Below, piece by piece: positions 61,940-64,000 of a DNA stretch of 64,000 nucleotides (position 1 is its first letter; every line of letters begins with the position of its first letter). The notes under the pieces were generated by a model, which saw nothing but the letters and a program-made list of their open reading frames with translations, was not told where the DNA came from and did no database searches. Origin of the DNA: Asterias rubens (Eukaryota); assembly GCF_902459465.1 (NCBI RefSeq), contig NC_047082.1, forward strand, positions 3,472,001 through 3,536,000. The letters run 5' to 3'. Position numbers and translations under genes: made by a program.

Positions 61940-62110
61940 AGGCAATGGACACTATTTGTAATTACTCAAAATAGTTGCTAGCATACAACTTTACTTGGTA
62001 CGAGCAATGCTGTTGATAGCATTTATCATTGTGAGAAACGGCTCCCTCTATTAAAGTAAAGTAGTTTTTAAGAGAGAGGTTATTTCTCACTTAAAATATT
62101 AAAAGACTTT
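61940..62110. mobile_element. MITE family A, left part, degraded
   Basis: TTAA-aggcaatggacactatttgtaattactc. Confidence 0.8.
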
Positions 62111-62798
62111 AGATCCCTGGTGAAACCTTTCATACATTTCTAAATGTTGTAGCAAGGGACATTTGTTTATTTTGTCGTCGTGTGAAGTAGGTTTTGTACA
62201 GACTGATCGGTGATCCTTATGTGCGCTATACCCTTCATTTGTGCAACCAGGGTGCCAGGGCATAGACAAGATGACAAGGTTTATTAATATCAGAATACCC
62301 GGTACGCAAAAATGCAGTTAGGCTACTTTGTGTGCGGCGTCCTAACTATGCTGCGAATCTGATAAGTTATTGATTAAAATTAATTTGGTAAAAGGGTCAT
62401 AGACTTGGTTCAAGACGTTACTATGGCACCATCAGGTTCCTTCAATCATGGTGTTGCGTTGTCATAATAACGTGCAGCTCAACTTGAAGGGATACTGTCA
62501 CATCCTATCATGTCATCCAGGCACGAGTAGCGGCTAGTCAACTAGCCTCTAGGTCATTTACCTTTCATATCCAGCAACCATAAGAAATAGATGAGATACT
62601 GTCACAATAATACACTTTGCCTTGCATCTGTATAAACACGGAACTCGGAAAGTTTACCCGCGAACAAGTTCAAACGTTGACCAGGTCATCGTAGCGGGCG
62701 CTCGGTTAAAAGTTTGTATAACTTCAAAATTAATTCATATGAAAAAGCTGGCTTTTAAAATAATGGTCTTCTATTTGTAAGTTGCAATTGAACAGTAT

Positions 62799-62988
62799 TT
62801 TTGACTCCCATAAACGGCCGACCGTGTTGGTTCGCAAAGTAAAAGGAAAACCACGCAATTTCAAGGCAAATTTGTGTGAATCATTGTTATTCTACTTTTA
62901 AAACATCTTTCTAACCATATGCCTTATATAACAAACGGTTACAAACTTTTCAAAGACTAACTCGACCGACCCAAGGCAACGTGTTCCT
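62799..62988. mobile_element. Family G, right arm only
   Basis: ttgactcccataaa ... ggcaacgtgttcct-TTAA. Confidence 0.88.
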
Positions 62989-63023
62989 TTAAGACAACTA
63001 AAATATAAAAATACTGCATATAA

Positions 63024-63120
63024 GAAAGACTCTGCTAGGGTCGAAACGTCAGGCCAACTATTGTTTGCATACCACAGAAAGCAGTTGGCAGCAGCTAATT
63101 CTATTTCCTGCATATAAAAT
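63024..63120 (+). mobile_element. PLE-type terminal fragment with the 3' half of the same hammerhead variant
   Basis: gaaagactctgctagggtcGAAACGTCaggcc..., homologous to 58064-58200. Confidence 0.6.
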
Positions 63121-64000
63121 GTGAAAATGGAAACCATAACGCCACCTGGTTTAGATTTTCAAAGGATATCAAAATATTGAGGATGATTAATGATTGTCAT
63201 ATCATTCTATTACAACCCAGTGTTATGAAACCACCAGTGTCATATGATATTGTTAGCCTATTTTAACATCGCTCTTTAATGTATACAAGTCATTTCTGAA
63301 TGATGATTCACCGAGTGTGGATCCCCCTTTTGTCCCTGGAGGGCTCACCAGCGGGATCCCCAGGGATCCCCGCTGGGATCCCTGGGAGCAAGACACCGGT
63401 GCACCCCGAGGTCTTCTCACCGACTCCCGTTGCATCCACACTCATCCCGCGAGACGCAATTATAAAGAGCTGAGTCTATACCCTACCCCTAAAGGTGGGC
63501 AGGTTCGCTGTTTATTCCTGTTGGTATGTCAACCTGTCATCATCGGGGGGGGGGATGCCGCCTCGATGACTCATCGCATCAGAGTGGTTCCCCATATTCC
63601 ATAGTAGACTCGCTCTAGTGTTTGCACTAAAAGTGCTTGGGATGGCATTAGACTTGCTACCAGTCGTTACAGCATTCTGCTTACTATTTTGATTTGTTGG
63701 ATTTGTCGAAACTTGAAAGTGCATTAGTAGAGCATGGAGGTAGAATTAGGGCAAAGAGGTGGTGAAACATCATGTACATACCCTCCATTTAAAACTAGAC
63801 TTGCTACCAGTCAGATCTGCATAGGCTTAATCTACAGATGTGAAACTAATTTGGTTACGCGTTGTTTGTTGGAACGATTAGGTGATCATTTCAAGTATGA
63901 TTCATCGGACTGTCGTCGTCGTATGTAGGAACTTATTTCTATGAAGGACAATAGGTCAACGTTGCAGATCAAAGATTACCTTATAAGCCTTAGTCTAGAC

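Noticed and set aside
60776-64000. Kinase exon 4 (DLK...DFG)
   Set aside because: I found no AG-preceded phase-2 segment encoding DLKxEN or DFG. It is probably beyond the window.

Overview
This is eukaryotic, AT-rich, repeat-dense animal DNA. The repeat landscape looks echinoderm-like (possibly sea star), but that is my recollection and cannot be verified here. There is one ~200-N assembly gap. I found no prokaryotic, CRISPR or phage features. The only securely supported gene is the 5' part of an AMPK-related (CAMKL; SIK/HUNK-like) Ser/Thr kinase on the + strand. It has three GT-AG exons (48069-48176, 56123-56251, 60609-60775) that splice in frame to give subdomains I to VIa and the start of VIb, and the gene continues past the window. 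Almost all other entries in the ORF track are chance ORFs inside repeats. The rest of the window holds about two dozen copies of a ~380-bp TTAA-flanked Kolobok/T2-type MITE, several other MITE and foldback families (often nested), tRNA-derived SINEs, old L2-type LINE fragments and minisatellites. The most unusual signals are: (i) minimal hammerhead-ribozyme motifs of the Penelope-like-element type, one apparently intact, with a covarying downstream hairpin; (ii) a short retroposed element with an internal tRNA-like module, a 41-bp terminal redundancy and 10-12-bp target-site duplications, suggesting a multimeric or circular RNA template; (iii) a SINE with a triplicated Pol III head; (iv) a kinase whose N-terminal subdomains resemble SIK and whose later subdomains resemble HUNK. 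None of these is demonstrated to be a new system.
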